Below are positions 24,677 to 37,414 of a DNA stretch of 64,000 nucleotides, piece by piece (position 1 is the first letter of the stretch; each line of letters begins with the position of its first letter). The stretch is from Macrostomum lignano. Its lineage: Eukaryota. Made by a program: the position numbers and the translations under genes. The stretch is from the NCBI GenBank assembly GCA_002269645.1, contig NIVC01001121.1:186001-250000 (forward strand). Direction: 5' to 3'. The notes under the pieces were generated by a model. It searched no databases. It was not told the DNA's origin and worked only from the letters and a program-made list of their open reading frames with translations.

Positions 24677-25851
24677 CTAACGCATGTCGTAGCTGCCCAC
24701 CAGGCACTCAAATTTCTTCATGGAATAGGACTACGTCAGCACGGTATGGCCAGAGTCGAGGGAGTACAGCAGGTAGTAAAGTCCTCCTCCTGACATAAAG
24801 TTTGAGTAGTCCTTGTACAGTCCATTTGGATCCATGAACGAACAATGACCGTACCACCAACCAGCCTTCCTGCCTTCAGCGCAGCTTCCATCGTTCCAGC
24901 TGTCATTGTCGGAATCCGGGGTGCTGAACTGCTTGTTGTCTGCAGTCAAGCTAGTACTATTTTTCTGTCCAACATTCGACCTGCTCGTGTCCAGCGGTCC
25001 CATCGAGCACCTGTACTTATCGGCCGTTGGGCCAACAGAGAATGGAGCATTCTCAGCCCAGTACCAGGTGCCGTTCCAGTCGCTGAACTCCCAGCGGACT
25101 CTCCACACTCCGGTCTTAGTGAGCTGGTGGAGCTGATCCAGACCCATCCAGTAGTTGAGTCTCTCGCCCTGACCAAACCCGCTCGCATACTCCGACCAGT
25201 TCCGGTTGAAGCTGACGGAGCCGTCGCTCTGCGCTGAAAAGTTGTCCAGCACTTCACCGGCTTCCTCATCTGAAACGGTGTCAATTGTGCTTGACTCGAT
25301 GATCGCTGCCTAATGCATCCTTGAAAAGATATACTTGCAGTTCATTCACTCACTAACAGAGCTAGAGTACTCATCCACGTACAGATTACTCACCCACAGA
25401 GTGCTCACCCACAGAGTACTCACCCACAGAGTACTCACTCACAGAGAAATCACCCACAGATCGTGCTCACCCACAGAGTGCTCACCCACAAAGTACTCAA
25501 CTCACAGAGTACTCAACCCACAGAGTGCTCACCCACAAAGTACTCAACCCACAGAGTACTCACCCACAGCTGAGGCAGGCTGGAGTCGCTGGCGTGCCGG
25601 CACTTCCTGCAGGCGTCCATCGCTCCCTGACCGCAGGCCAGCAGCCAGCAGGAGCCGGAGGCCGCATCAAAGCGGACCGCATCCGCATTTTCAGCGGCCA
25701 TCACGCAGTGCGTGTCACTGACTGCGGACTTCACCGCCAGCACGCGGTACTCAGCGAGGTCGCCTCGCTGGAGCTTCCAGTTGAGATCGGCGACTACTGA
25801 CGCGACTATCAGTGCGAAAATAATACCGAAATTTACGAGTCGATTTTTCAT
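24677..25851 (-). pseudogene. Secreted fibrinogen-related (FReD) protein gene with apparent frameshift and premature stop
   Basis: Signal peptide MKNRLVNFGIIFALIVASVVA; Cys-containing N-terminal exon 25851-25564; FReD motifs DGSVSFNRNWSEY..GFG..NYWMGLDQLHQLT, FSTPDSDND, GWWYGHC. WTTFQRR lies in another frame (1-nt loss near 25226). TAG at 24731 precedes SYSMKKF. Confidence 0.8.
25390..25570. repeat. 15/16-bp minisatellite built on the FReD 5' splice site
   Basis: Minus-strand unit ctgtgggtgagtact repeated about 11 times, starting at the real donor. Confidence 0.9.
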
Positions 25852-26564
25852 ACCTTTTTGTGCGGCAGCTTTTTTGGGAGCTTCGGTGTGTCGTTTGGGC
25901 AATTTACGTGTACATGTAATTGCGGGCCGTCTCACTGGTGAAAATAAAGTCCTAGCTTGAAATTGGACTTTCGATGAATTGCTCGTTAAGTCTGCGCTCT
26001 CAGGTGAAGACGCTGAACTGATCAAAACTGACACACTTTAAATATTTAAAACTGAAATAGTCTCTTTCGCAGTAGCAGCTGCTTATTGAAGACTTTTCCC
26101 AGGCATTTTGTTCCAAATTAAAGGCGTGTGACCCACCACTATTTTGTAGAAATTTACAGCTTTTTTGTCTTTGAGTCTTCGATCAATTTTTTCATTACTA
26201 CTATATTGCAAGCAGTTACATTAGCTAGAGTTTTGCTGTGCATAAATAATGTCAATTTCGATTCACAGCCTATAGTTTTATTACTTGTAGATTAATTCAA
26301 ACACAATCATCCGTCAATCAAAATTAACATGTTGCATGAAAATGCAGTTTCAAGTTCCAAACAGCTAGGGTCGAGATTTTGCCCGCGGGAGTGAATTTCC
26401 TGTCGAGATTTTCCAATGGAATGTAGCCCTAAATGCTTAGTAAGTGTTCCAAGGAAGGATCGTGCGAAAAGAAGGTCTAATAAAGTTTTGGTCTTGTATA
26501 ATAAATGTATAAGTTTTTGTTTTAATATCTGACCACGAACAACAGCAATCTGACGTATCCAGGT

Positions 26565-27012
26565 TCCTAGTCACTTCGTCATCTGCCATTTCGTCATCTG
26601 GGGTGTCTGGGGTGCTCACCTCGACTAGGGTCACTTCGTCATCTTAATTTGCATGCAGTACATGTACCTCAAGAGAGTCATTTCGTCATCTACCAGTTCC
26701 AACTTCCAAGTGAATTAATGTGGCAATTAAACATATTTACATGGAATCCTAATCATCCCAGTCATTTTGTCATCTCGATTGATAAAACCTGTCGATCGAT
26801 CGGTTCTGCTTGCCGCAGCTTATAGTTAATAAAGACAAAAATAGTTTACACTAACTCGAATCTCACACAGATTGATTGGTTTGATGACGAAGTATCCAGC
26901 ATAACTAAATATTTGGTCACTTCGTCATATTATTTTTCAAAGCTACTTTGCTTCTGGTCACTTCGTCATCCGATATGACGAAATGGAATATGACGATCTG
27001 ACCAGTGACCCG
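26565..27012. mobile_element. Probable non-autonomous DNA-transposon remnant with dispersed GTCACTTCGTCATC motifs
   Basis: About 9 copies of (gtca)(c/t)ttcgtcatc in both orientations with unrelated spacing; ends and TSD not resolved. Confidence 0.4.
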
Positions 27013-29377
27013 TATCCAACGTCAGCCGACATTTCCGATGTCTATCGACGTCGTTGCTAAATTTTCTGGGTATCTTTTTTACATTACGCCGACGGATAGA
27101 ACGGCGTCAATCATCGGCTAAATGTTTCAAAATTAGCAAGAAGGACGCGATTAAGAAGACGGCCTATTAAAAAAAGTCGACTTTGACGAAAAGTTTAGGA
27201 TCTAAAGTATTAAATTAAGTTTTAGAGCCCAAACAGGAAAAAAACTCTGATTTATCAAAGCGAGAACTAACAATAGCATGCGGACACAGCGCTGACAGTG
27301 ACAGAGAATGAGATATTACATGTAATATGCACCGCGCTGTCATTAAGGCGATCGACATTCTTTTTACTGGCCAAGTCCAAGACAGGCAAGGGTAGCGCGA
27401 TGAGTTAAAAATGGTTAGTGACTTGAGCCAATGCATTGCATTTCCACAATTTGTATAATGATAGGTATACAATTTGTATCTGAACAACCTTAAGTTAAAA
27501 GTAGAAATATAAACTTGCATATTTCGTTAGAGAAATTTGAACAAGAAACGTCTTTACTTAAAAATGTTTTTAAAGTTGAGATTAATATTTTAGCAAAATT
27601 GAGAAACAATAAGTCGAATAAAAGTTTTAAATTGACAGCATCATCAATTTTTTTACAGAGTACTCACTTACAAAAGTATTTGTAACACTTTCTTACAAAA
27701 ATTGTTTTTGAAAATAAAAAACTTCGAGCTTATGAGGTCGGGGGGGGGGGGTTTAAAGAAAAACTTCTGGTGGTCGCCGGGTTTAATTCGTTCGTTCCAG
27801 CCGTTCGAATCGGTGCGCTTCCGACGTTTCAAACAAACTTAAACGAAGGTCCGGCTTGCAGATGATGGGGAGCTCCGCTGCTGAGTTCTCAGACTCAGGG
27901 GGAGGGTAGCTGTGGTCGCGGCTGAGCGGTCTAGTTTTGCCGACGTTCAGAATGCCGAATGCAGAGATTTGTAGCCGAAAGGGGACTTCAAAATAAGCCA
28001 AATTTGTCGAGAGTCTTACTAATAGTAGTACATGTAGGTCGCTGCCACCACCGCAGTTATACGCGGGAAAAGCTCTAAAGCCTCCAACTAGCTTGAGTTT
28101 CGCTCTAGCGCTTCTCTGTAGACCGCTGAGAGTCAAAATAAAGCTTCCGAGGTCAGGAAGGCTAATACACCGTTTCACACACAAGATTTTATAAATCAGG
28201 CTGGCGTTAATATGGGGCCAGGTAGCTGAGTATAGCACTTATTTTATTACTGGCTGTTGCGCGCACTATAAGTAATATACTATGATGATAATTATTAGCT
28301 TCTAGATTACTTGGTCGGGTGAGGAGCTGGTCGGATCGGGATGTCGGGATTAAAGGTAGGGTCACCTCGAATATCTGGAGCTCGGAGTTCGGGACGGGTG
28401 AATTCAAACGATCAGAAGGGGGTTCCCGTCGAGAGTCTGATGGCTGGTAAAGGGGGGCGCAGACTCTTAAATAACGCTCTCATGAGCCACCCGGAGGAAA
28501 GGAGTTACCCCGGGTGGGAAGAGAGTTACACGCAATGGAAATGATCGGGTACACCGGGTGGTAACGATTAAACACCGGGTGTAAACCCTTATTCAAAGCA
28601 CAGTAAAACCAAGTTACGGGTCCGAGTGGGAGCCCGAAATACACTAAGAGGAAAAGTGGGATTTCCACGCAGGGAAATGACGTCGGTATGCGTAATTTCA
28701 CTTGGTGAGTAAATCCACGCAGAGGAAAATAAACATTACATTCGGTGGGGATAGTGGGAGGCCTCCGCGCCTACCACACTTATGTGGTAGGCCGGTCTAC
28801 CACTGGGGCTCCTTCAACAGTTGGCGACGCGCGAAACGCCTCCATCCGTTGGGATTGTGTTGACGTCATGAGCCGCTCCCCCGGATGACTGTGCGTTTTC
28901 CCCTCGTTGATCCCACCTTTGGTCCATTAGTTGCCCCGTCCTTTGGTTCCGCCTTGTTTTACTGTGTTATTCCCGGGTTTTATCCCTCTTTCCCACCAGT
29001 GTTCCCCTCGGTGTTCCCCCCTAGTGTTTCACCAGTTGAATTTATGTAATTTTTTGTATAAAAATCATTGCGTATAAAGTTTTGCTTAGACTGGAGCCTC
29101 CCCGAGTTACCTTGAGTTAAGTGTGAATTTGCAGTTATAACCGCCGTTTCACTCGGTCTACTGTCTCGTCTCATTCGTCTAATTTGATAGTTTGCGATAT
29201 TCATTTGTTTATTACTCAGAACTATTAACAAGTAAGCTAACTTGTCACTTGCTTAATTTATCTTACGTAGCATCTTTATTAATAATTAGTTGAACCGTAA
29301 TAATAATAACGAATAAGATAATAAGCTTCTAACATTAATATTTATCCAGTTGGACTTAATCGAAGCCTCTAGTTTAT

Positions 29378-32300
29378 CAGCCGTATATACACGTTAGGCG
29401 GTATAGAACACGGCAAAAACCGCCTATAAGGCAGTCCGTATCATGCTATATGATACAGTAGCATGCTATAGACCGCCTTTTTTATGCGCACAAGGGCCAA
29501 ATATGGCACAAATTTGAACAGACGTTTCTGCTTATTTTTTAGTTCACTAATGCAAAGTAGGCCTAGCGATTTTACTAACCTACTACGCTACTATTCTCTA
29601 GTACAGTATTTTAGTGTCACTAGAATGCTAGATAAAAATTAGGTCAGGATGACTTAGTTACAAGTGTAAGTGTTAACATTTAACATTATTTTATGTAGGC
29701 CTACTAGCTGTTTATTATTTCCACAATATTAATAGGCCCAGCGAATTAATATTAGAACAGGAGAACAATACAACTCGACTTAAAGTTCAATTAGTGAACT
29801 TGGATGGCGCTCAGTTTCAGTTTGTAGCTAGGCCTATGCACAATTTTGTAACTGAATGCAATAACTGTGTGACTAAGCTAGGCCTAGGGCTATATATTCA
29901 ATATTCTTTTTTCTGAACCCTGAATCCTGAGTTTAGGAGAGAAACTATTTAGTAAAGCTAGCTATATTGATAGATATATTGAACAACCATAATTTAGGGT
30001 TCTAATATACTATACTAATAGCCTATTATATATACGTAGTACAACTAGCTGAGCTAGCATAAAATTCCATAAATGGATGTATTTTTTATTTTTTATTTTA
30101 TTGATAAATTGGGTTCTATTCTACTATTTTATGTTATAGGTTAAGCCTGAAATTAGTATTTAGTATTTAGAGGTTCTATATTTTTTGTTTTTTTAACCTT
30201 CCCTTTCCCCATAACCTGCTAGCCTTCCCTATATGGTTACACCCTACTGCCCTTTACCATACCTTACCCCAATGGCCTTCCTACAACACTTGCTACCTTT
30301 TCTTATCAATACAAGCCTTTCCCATACCTTGCTGCCCTTCATTGTCTTTTATAGGCCTTTTCCATACCCTGCTGTCTTTCACAAACCTTGCTGCTCTTCA
30401 ATGTATCCTGCTTGGCCTTCATTGTATCTTGTTGGCCTTCCCACATGGCCACACCTTGCTGGCTTTTCCCATATCCTGCTAGCCTTCCCCACACCCTACT
30501 GTCTTTCCCCATACCCTGCTGTCTTTCCCCTACCCTGCTGTCCTTCCCCACACCCTTGCCAGCCTTCCTTACTCCTTGCTGGCCTTCCCCACACCCTGCT
30601 AGCTTCCCCACATCCTGCTGGCCTTCCCTACTCCCTGCTACCCTTCCCCACACCCTGCTGTCCTTCCCCATCAATGCAGGCCTTCCTCACTCCCTGCTGG
30701 CATTCCCCACACCCTGCCGGCCTTCCCCACACCCTTGCCAGCCTTCCTTACTCCTTGCTGGCCTTCCCCACACCCTGCTAGCTTCCCCACATCCTGCTCG
30801 CCTTCCCTACTCCCTGCTACCCTTCCCCACACCCTGCTGTCCTTCCCCACATCCTGCTGGCCTTCCCTACTCCCTGCTACCCTTCCCCACACCCTGCTGT
30901 CCTTCCCCATCAATGCAGGCCTTCCTCACTCCCTGCTGGCATTCCCCACACCCTGCCGGCCTTCCCCACATCCTGCTGGCCTTCCCTACTCCTTGCTACC
31001 CTTCCCCACACCCTGCCGGCCTTCCCCACATCCTGCTGGCCTTCCCTACTCCCTGCTACCCTTCCCCACATCCTGCTGTCCTTCCCCACACCCTGCTTGT
31101 CTTCACTACCAATGCAGGCTTTCCCTACACCCTGCTGTCCTTCCCCATACCCTGCTGTCTTTCCCCTACCCTGCTGTCCTTCCCCATCAATGCAGGCCTT
31201 CCTCACTCCCTGCTGGCATTCCCCACACCCTGCCGGCCTTGACACCCTTGCCAGCCTTCCTTACTCCTTGCTGGCCTTCCCCACACCCTGCTAGCTTCCC
31301 CACATCCTGCTCGCCTTCCCTACTCCCTGCTACCCTTCCCCACACCCTGCTGTCCTTCCCCACATCCTGCTGGCCTTCCCTACTCCTTGCTACCCTTCCC
31401 CACACCCTGCCGGCCTTCCCCACACCCTGCCGGCTTCCCCACATCCTGCTGGCCTTGCCTTCCCTACTCCCTGCTACCCTTCCCCACACCCTGCTGTCCT
31501 TCCCCACACCCTGCTTGCCTTACACTACCAATGCAGGCTTTCCCTACACCCTGCTGTCCTTCCCCATCAATGCAGGCCTTCCTCACTCCCTGCTGGCATT
31601 CCCCACACCCTGCCGGCCTTCCCCACATCCTGCTGGCCTTCCCTACTCCTTGCTACCCTTCCCCACACCCTGCCGGCCTTCCCCACACCCTGCCGGCTTC
31701 CCCACATCCTGCTGACCTTCTCTACTCCCTGCTACCCTTCCCCACACCCTGCTGTCCTTCCCCACACCCTGCCGGCCTTCCCCACACCCTGCCTGCTTCC
31801 CCTCATCCTGCTGGCCTTCCCTACTCCCTGCTACCCTTCCCCACACCCTGCTGTCCTTCCCCACACCCTGCTGTCTTTCCCCACACCCTGGTAATCTTCA
31901 CTACCAATGCAGGCTTTCCCTACACCTTGCTTTCCTTCCCCATCAATGCAGGCCTTTCCCACTCCCTTCTGGCATTCCCTACACCCTGCCGGCTTCCCCA
32001 CTTCCTGCTGGCCTTCCCTACTCCCTGCTACCCTTCCCCACACCCTGCCGGCTTCCCCACTTCCTGCTGGACTTCCCTACTCCCTGCTACCCTTCCCCAC
32101 ACCCTGCTGTCCTTCCCCACACCCTGCCGGCTTCTCCACATCCTGCCGGCTTCTCCACATCCTGCCGGCCTTCCGGGCTTCATCTCCCACTCAACCTCTT
32201 CCAGACAGCGCTCCTAGGCTACCCTTCCTGGCTACTCTTGCCAGGCTACCCCTCTTACTCAACCCCTCTCAGGCTCCTCTTCCACTCTACCCCTCCAAGG

Positions 32301-32939
32301 CAGCGCTCCGAGACTACCCCTCGCAGGCAGCCCTTCCAGTCTAACCCTCCCAGGCAGCTCTTCCAGGCTACTCTCCCAGGCTACCCCTTCCATGGCAACC
32401 ACTTCCAGGCTATCTCCCACTGTGCCCTTGAGTACTGTCTCCATTTATGTTCAAAACTGAGAAGATTGTTTCGTTTCGGTATTATTAAAAAATATAACAC
32501 TATGCATCATTATTTACTTCAGACGCTTCACTCTCACCATTTCAGGTGCGTACATGCGAGTCAGCTAACGCTGACGCCGCACTTTGTATTCGGCTTTCCA
32601 ACGGGGAACTGTGCGTTTATGAAAGCCATTTGGGATTTGGAATGCCAGAAAAGATATTTTATTTTGCAAGGATCCGATGAATGCTGCGGCTTCGGCTGCA
32701 GTGACCACTGGCTCAAGCGGAGGACGATCGCAGGACTGTCTGCTGCCTGCCGCTTCGGCTGCAGTGACCACCGGCTCAAGCGGAGGACGATCGCAGGACT
32801 GTTTGCTGCCTGCCGCTTCGGCTGCAGTGACCGCCGGCTCAAGCGGAGGACGATCGCAGGACTGTTTGCTGCCTGCCGCTTCGGCTGCAGTGACCGCCGG
32901 CTCAAGCGGAGGACGATCGCTGCTCCGCGTGCTATCATC
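29378..32939 (+). repeat. Left TIR: ~830-bp AT-rich domain, C-rich ~21-bp minisatellite (~30200-32170), 63-bp tandem repeats (~32686-32920)
   Basis: Reverse complement of the right arm; ORF 30233 mirrors ORF 45810. Confidence 0.92.
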
Positions 32940-33899
32940 CAGTCCGGTTCCGTTTCGACCTTAACGAACAGTGGCAAAGTGAGGGTTATTTAATAACTAT
33001 GTTTATTACCTGAACGATTGTCTGAAGTGATGCGTGTTCGTGGGATTCACCCTGGCGATGCGCAGTCCTGTACCAGCGGTTTGTAGTTGCTGTGTAGCTG
33101 AAGTTTTTGCGGGCAGCTCTATGTTGCGCGTATTACTTCAGTTGTTTTTGCGTAGCTGCATAAAGTTTTTCTATCCAAGCGGCACGTTACCTTTGCGTTT
33201 ATTGAGAGCTGTAATTTTTTGTCCGAATAACAAATAAAAAAGCACTTTTGCTCGATCGATGTCACCCGGTAATTTGGCTGTTGCGCCACGCATTTTAGTG
33301 CAGTTTTGAAAGGTCAAATCGTCCAAGTAGTTTTCTAATTTTTTCACTTTGTGTTACACTTATTTGAGAAATTTCGTTCGTGCAAAAGAATTGACCAGAC
33401 TGCAAGTCGCGGTTTGAATTTCGGATCGCGGCGGCCTGAAAATTCTCTCATCCTGCTCAGAATGTTAAACTATCCTTAGCTAATGGCAAACTATCCACAT
33501 AGTCTGGCTAATTTGCTACCTCAAGTAAGCTAGGCTTAAAAATAGCACCAAAATTGGGTTGCATGAACAAGCTCGCACTAGCAAAAGCAAGCACGGCTAG
33601 AATGGAGATTAGCACAAGAGCTCAAGTATTTTGGAGCAAGAGCGTATTGACACTGACGCAACTCACGCAAGTATTTCACCTACATGTATGTTCAATCATG
33701 GATTAGTGCCAGTATGCACACGAGTATGTTTGACCTAGCTGCAGAGGAGATCATCCGGCGGATGCAGCGATCAGGAGGCGAAGAAGACCGCCCAATTCCG
33801 CTAGCCTCTGGCGACCATGAATGACTTCCATCGAAGTGATGTCCCTTCCGGGGGCGTCGGTCTCGCTTGCAGCGCGGTCCTCCTCACCGGCGGTGGGGA

Positions 33900-34620
33900 A
33901 AACTCAGCTGAGGTACCGGGTGAGCATCGATATGCTCTCGGGCTTGCAAGCGTCGGAGAGTTGGGCCGGGGTGAGTGAGTGGTGAAGACCAGGTAGTGGC
34001 AGATAAATTGTTCTGCGTTTTTACTGCCTGTTGAGCGGCAGAAGAGCTTGGGGCACCGCGCACGGCTCCTCAAGTACCTGGCCCTGAGGAAGCGGTGGCG
34101 AGAGAAGCAGCCATGCATGCCCGGAGAGGGCCCATGTACATGTAAATGCTCTTAAGATCCCTGAGGTTGAGCCTAAGGAAGGCTCTACGCAGGGGGACAG
34201 CAGCACGAGATTTCCTGCAATTTCGAGTGTTGATCCTGCCACCTGCGGAGATGCTAAGAGTCAGCCCAGTGCTTGACGCGGGAGTTAATCACCGAGGCGC
34301 AGGGGTGGGGGCCCCTGGGCCCGGTCCAGAAGCGTGCCGGCGGAGCCAGCCTTGCCGGGATGGAAACCATGACATCGTAGGCCGGGATCAATTTGAGCTC
34401 CACCTGCTGGTTGCCCAGCGCAAGCCCTGCATGGAGCCGGGCGTTGCAGTCCAGGACAGATCTGGAGTTGGTGGTGCTGCAGCAGACGGCCAGAAGGGCT
34501 GCTTGGCTGTCGGAGTGAAAAATAAATTTCTGACTGCAAGCTAAGCTGCCTTCGAACAGCTCTGGCACCACACAGGAGCTGATGGCAAGCACCTCGCTCT
34601 AAAAAACACTGGAATTGAGT
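33900..34620 (-). mobile_element. Decayed non-LTR retrotransposon RNase H / C-terminal fragment (R1/I-like)
   Basis: SSVF*SEVLAI (SVFQAEV.AI motif with CAG>TAG), FHSDSQAALLAV...SRSVLDC...VELKLIP, RFWTGP, and a degenerate C-terminal Cys/His region. Confidence 0.75.
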
Positions 34621-34934
34621 CCCTGTGTGCTGCTATTTGGTAGTTAATAATACCTTTGCATGCAAGCTTAATATTTAACAACCAAAACAGATCTCTACTT
34701 TTGCCACTTTTACTGATTGCAAGTGAATCCACACGAAGCCGTGAAGTGGATTGAGCTGGACTAAAAAACGTATTTTGCGCTGATTTGAAGAGCACTGGAA
34801 ATTCACCGAAATTGTAGCATCGATATCTCAGCAACTATTCAATATTTTGACAAGCGGTAAAGTACTGCTGGTGCAGAATTTCTTTACCTATTATCGAGTA
34901 TAATTTCATGCGCCAAATCTATCGTTTTGGGGAA

Positions 34935-35548
34935 CAGTATGGCTCGGAAAGAAGTGCATTTTGGCATAACTCCAGTACAAAGGTACAAAAGTGGAATATA
35001 AAGGAAACTCCAGCACTGAAGCCTTGTAGACTCCAATACTATAGATTGATGGTAGATTTTAGCGTGCAGTTTAGTGCGACACTGCTCAGCGGCTTGCGTA
35101 GTTTTGATTAGTTGCAAGTTGCAGGACAGCCGGTTTACTTGCAGAATCTTTACCGGCAGCAGGTTGATAAGGTGTGAATTTGACAAGTACACCTAGGCCG
35201 GGGGATACATTTTTTTGGCATTTGCAGAGTGCCTTTCGCGCCTATGCGACCAACATTTTCTGATAGATTTCGGCCCCCTGAGTCGATTGGCGCCGGTCCC
35301 AGAGCGCCAGAAGGTCGTCCGGTAGAGTTATTTGCACTTTTCCGGTGCCAAAACCGAAGCTCCAGTATTGGAGCTGATACATGTATGACTCCAGCATTAG
35401 AGCATAAGGAAATTCCGGCATTGGAGCCAGCACCGATGCTCCAATGCTGGATTTATATCAGCGATCCAGTACTCGCTCCAATGCTGGAGTTTCCTTTATA
35501 TTCCACTACTGGAGTTATCCCAAATGCACTTCTTTCCTAGCCATACTG
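34935..35548. mobile_element. Tc1/mariner-type MITE
   Basis: ~80-bp inverted ends (cagtatggct.ggaaagaagtgcattt..gtggaatataaaggaaactccagca); right flank ACTG|TA, left flank AA|CAGT. Confidence 0.6.
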
Positions 35549-37414
35549 TACTGTAGTCCAGCTGAAATCCACTCCACGGCTCAGCGAGCAGAATGCATTT
35601 TTAGTCAAGTTTTTGTGCATTTTTGTGTAAACGTAGCCACTTATGTAGTAAATAGATCAGGCTTTTTCCTCGGCAGAAATTTGAGCAAGGGATAAACTTA
35701 CCTGTAGCTCATCAAAACTGACATTCTCTTCAATTTGATGGGTTCGGCCTTTCTAAGCCTATAGCTTCGGGCCTCAGAATTCGGAAATGAATCACTTAGA
35801 ACTCTGGCCTCTCACTCCTGTCAGATGGTCAGCCCCATGGTAGCTAGATTGTGGGCGAGCAGCAAGGTCCTATAGCTAGGAGAAGACAGCGAGAGACAAG
35901 CAGGGAGAATTTGAAAGGTAGAGATTAGCTAATCCGCAGATTAACTAACCCGCTACCACCAGTCCGTGCGCCCCGGCTCACCAAACCGGAGCTATCGAAA
36001 TCGGACTTCCGACTAGAGGGGCACTGCACTTACCTGCCATCTAGTGTCTTTTAGCTGTCTATCTCGAAGTCATAGCCGAATAGAAGGGACGCTGCTGGGA
36101 CTAAGATCGCATTGGCCATGCAGGGACAGAGAGGACTTTTGCAGGGGGTTCTTGCGCTGGCGAGCCTTCATACACTACTAAATGTACTATTTCATTACCG
36201 AATTCCCAGAAGTACATGCATAAGTACACGTAACTGCACGCTTTTGGCACTAAATGTGTTAACACGTCGACAGATAACGATGGTGTAGATGTATTGTCAC
36301 TTTTGGAGACCTTCAGACTAATATTTATCTCGTTTTAGCCGCTTAGCTGCCTGAGACAGCGCGAAAGCGCCAGTCTGGCACTTAATTTGCATGCTTAACA
36401 TAATGATTTCTTAGATCGACTGATTGACTGGGAACTGTGCCGCTTCCGGTCCACCGTGACCTCTGCCTCTAGATTAAGCCGCTCATCTCAGCTGGTATTG
36501 CGAAAAAGAAAGAAAACGCTAAGTCTTTAACTTCCAGATTTAACTTTCTCACTTAATCCGCAATCCTAAACACATTAGATTGAGTTAGAGCAAATGGCTA
36601 ATTTTAATATTAACTAACACTTCTGCCTCGAGATTGGCACACAAAAGCAAGTAAGCAAAAGTGCAAATCCTATCAGACTACCTAGGAAGGGGTTAGACAA
36701 AGGGTGCACCCAGTTAAGCAGGTCAAAAGAGCCTCTCACCCAACTAATCAGAGGACCTATCTGCCGGTAGCCAAGGAATCCACAGAGACCGAAACACTCA
36801 GATGGTATGCTGCTGCTGATCTTAACTGACGCGCGACGCTGTTGCTCCTCACTTGCCGGTTGTCGTTGCTGCTCTTAGATCACTGCCGGGAGATATTGAT
36901 GATGCTTCTCAGGGGGAACTTAGCTTTTGAAGACGAAACTGCCGGGGGAAGGAGGATCAGATCGGCAGGACCGTAGGGGGAAGAGCCAGAAGGCAGTATC
37001 AGGCCAAGTTGAGCGCCCCAGGCATTGGCAAGGACAAAAACCGGGAGATATTTCGAGCGCAGTTAGAGTTGCCGCCTTTTATAGCTCTCACGCGGCCGAT
37101 TTGTTTTAACGCACGCTGAATTTTCCGATTGGCTGAGAGCTTTTGTTAAAACTCCGCCGTTGTGAAATTTCGGTCTTATGAAGTATCGGTCTTGTGAAGT
37201 ATGGTTTCGGCGTTGTGAAATTTCGGTCTTATGAACCCCCCCCATGTAGCTAGTGCATGTGCACTTGCCAAGCACGTCACAGAGAAGGCAAAACTTTTCC
37301 CCGATATTGTGCTTCTCAAATCAAATACTCGTACGTATTTAAATTAATAACATGCAATCCGTGTTTCCCGTTCGTTATTTTCAGCAGTACAGCATTTTTG
37401 CACCCCCTCATAAT

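Noticed and set aside
30233-32344. Pro/Cys-rich ORFs here and their mirrors at 43827-45810
   Set aside because: Products of the TIR minisatellite.
35700-37240. Possible degenerate retroelement 5' region (TATAAAAG on the minus strand, short repeats at 37160-37235)
   Set aside because: No protein motif or terminal structure could be supported.
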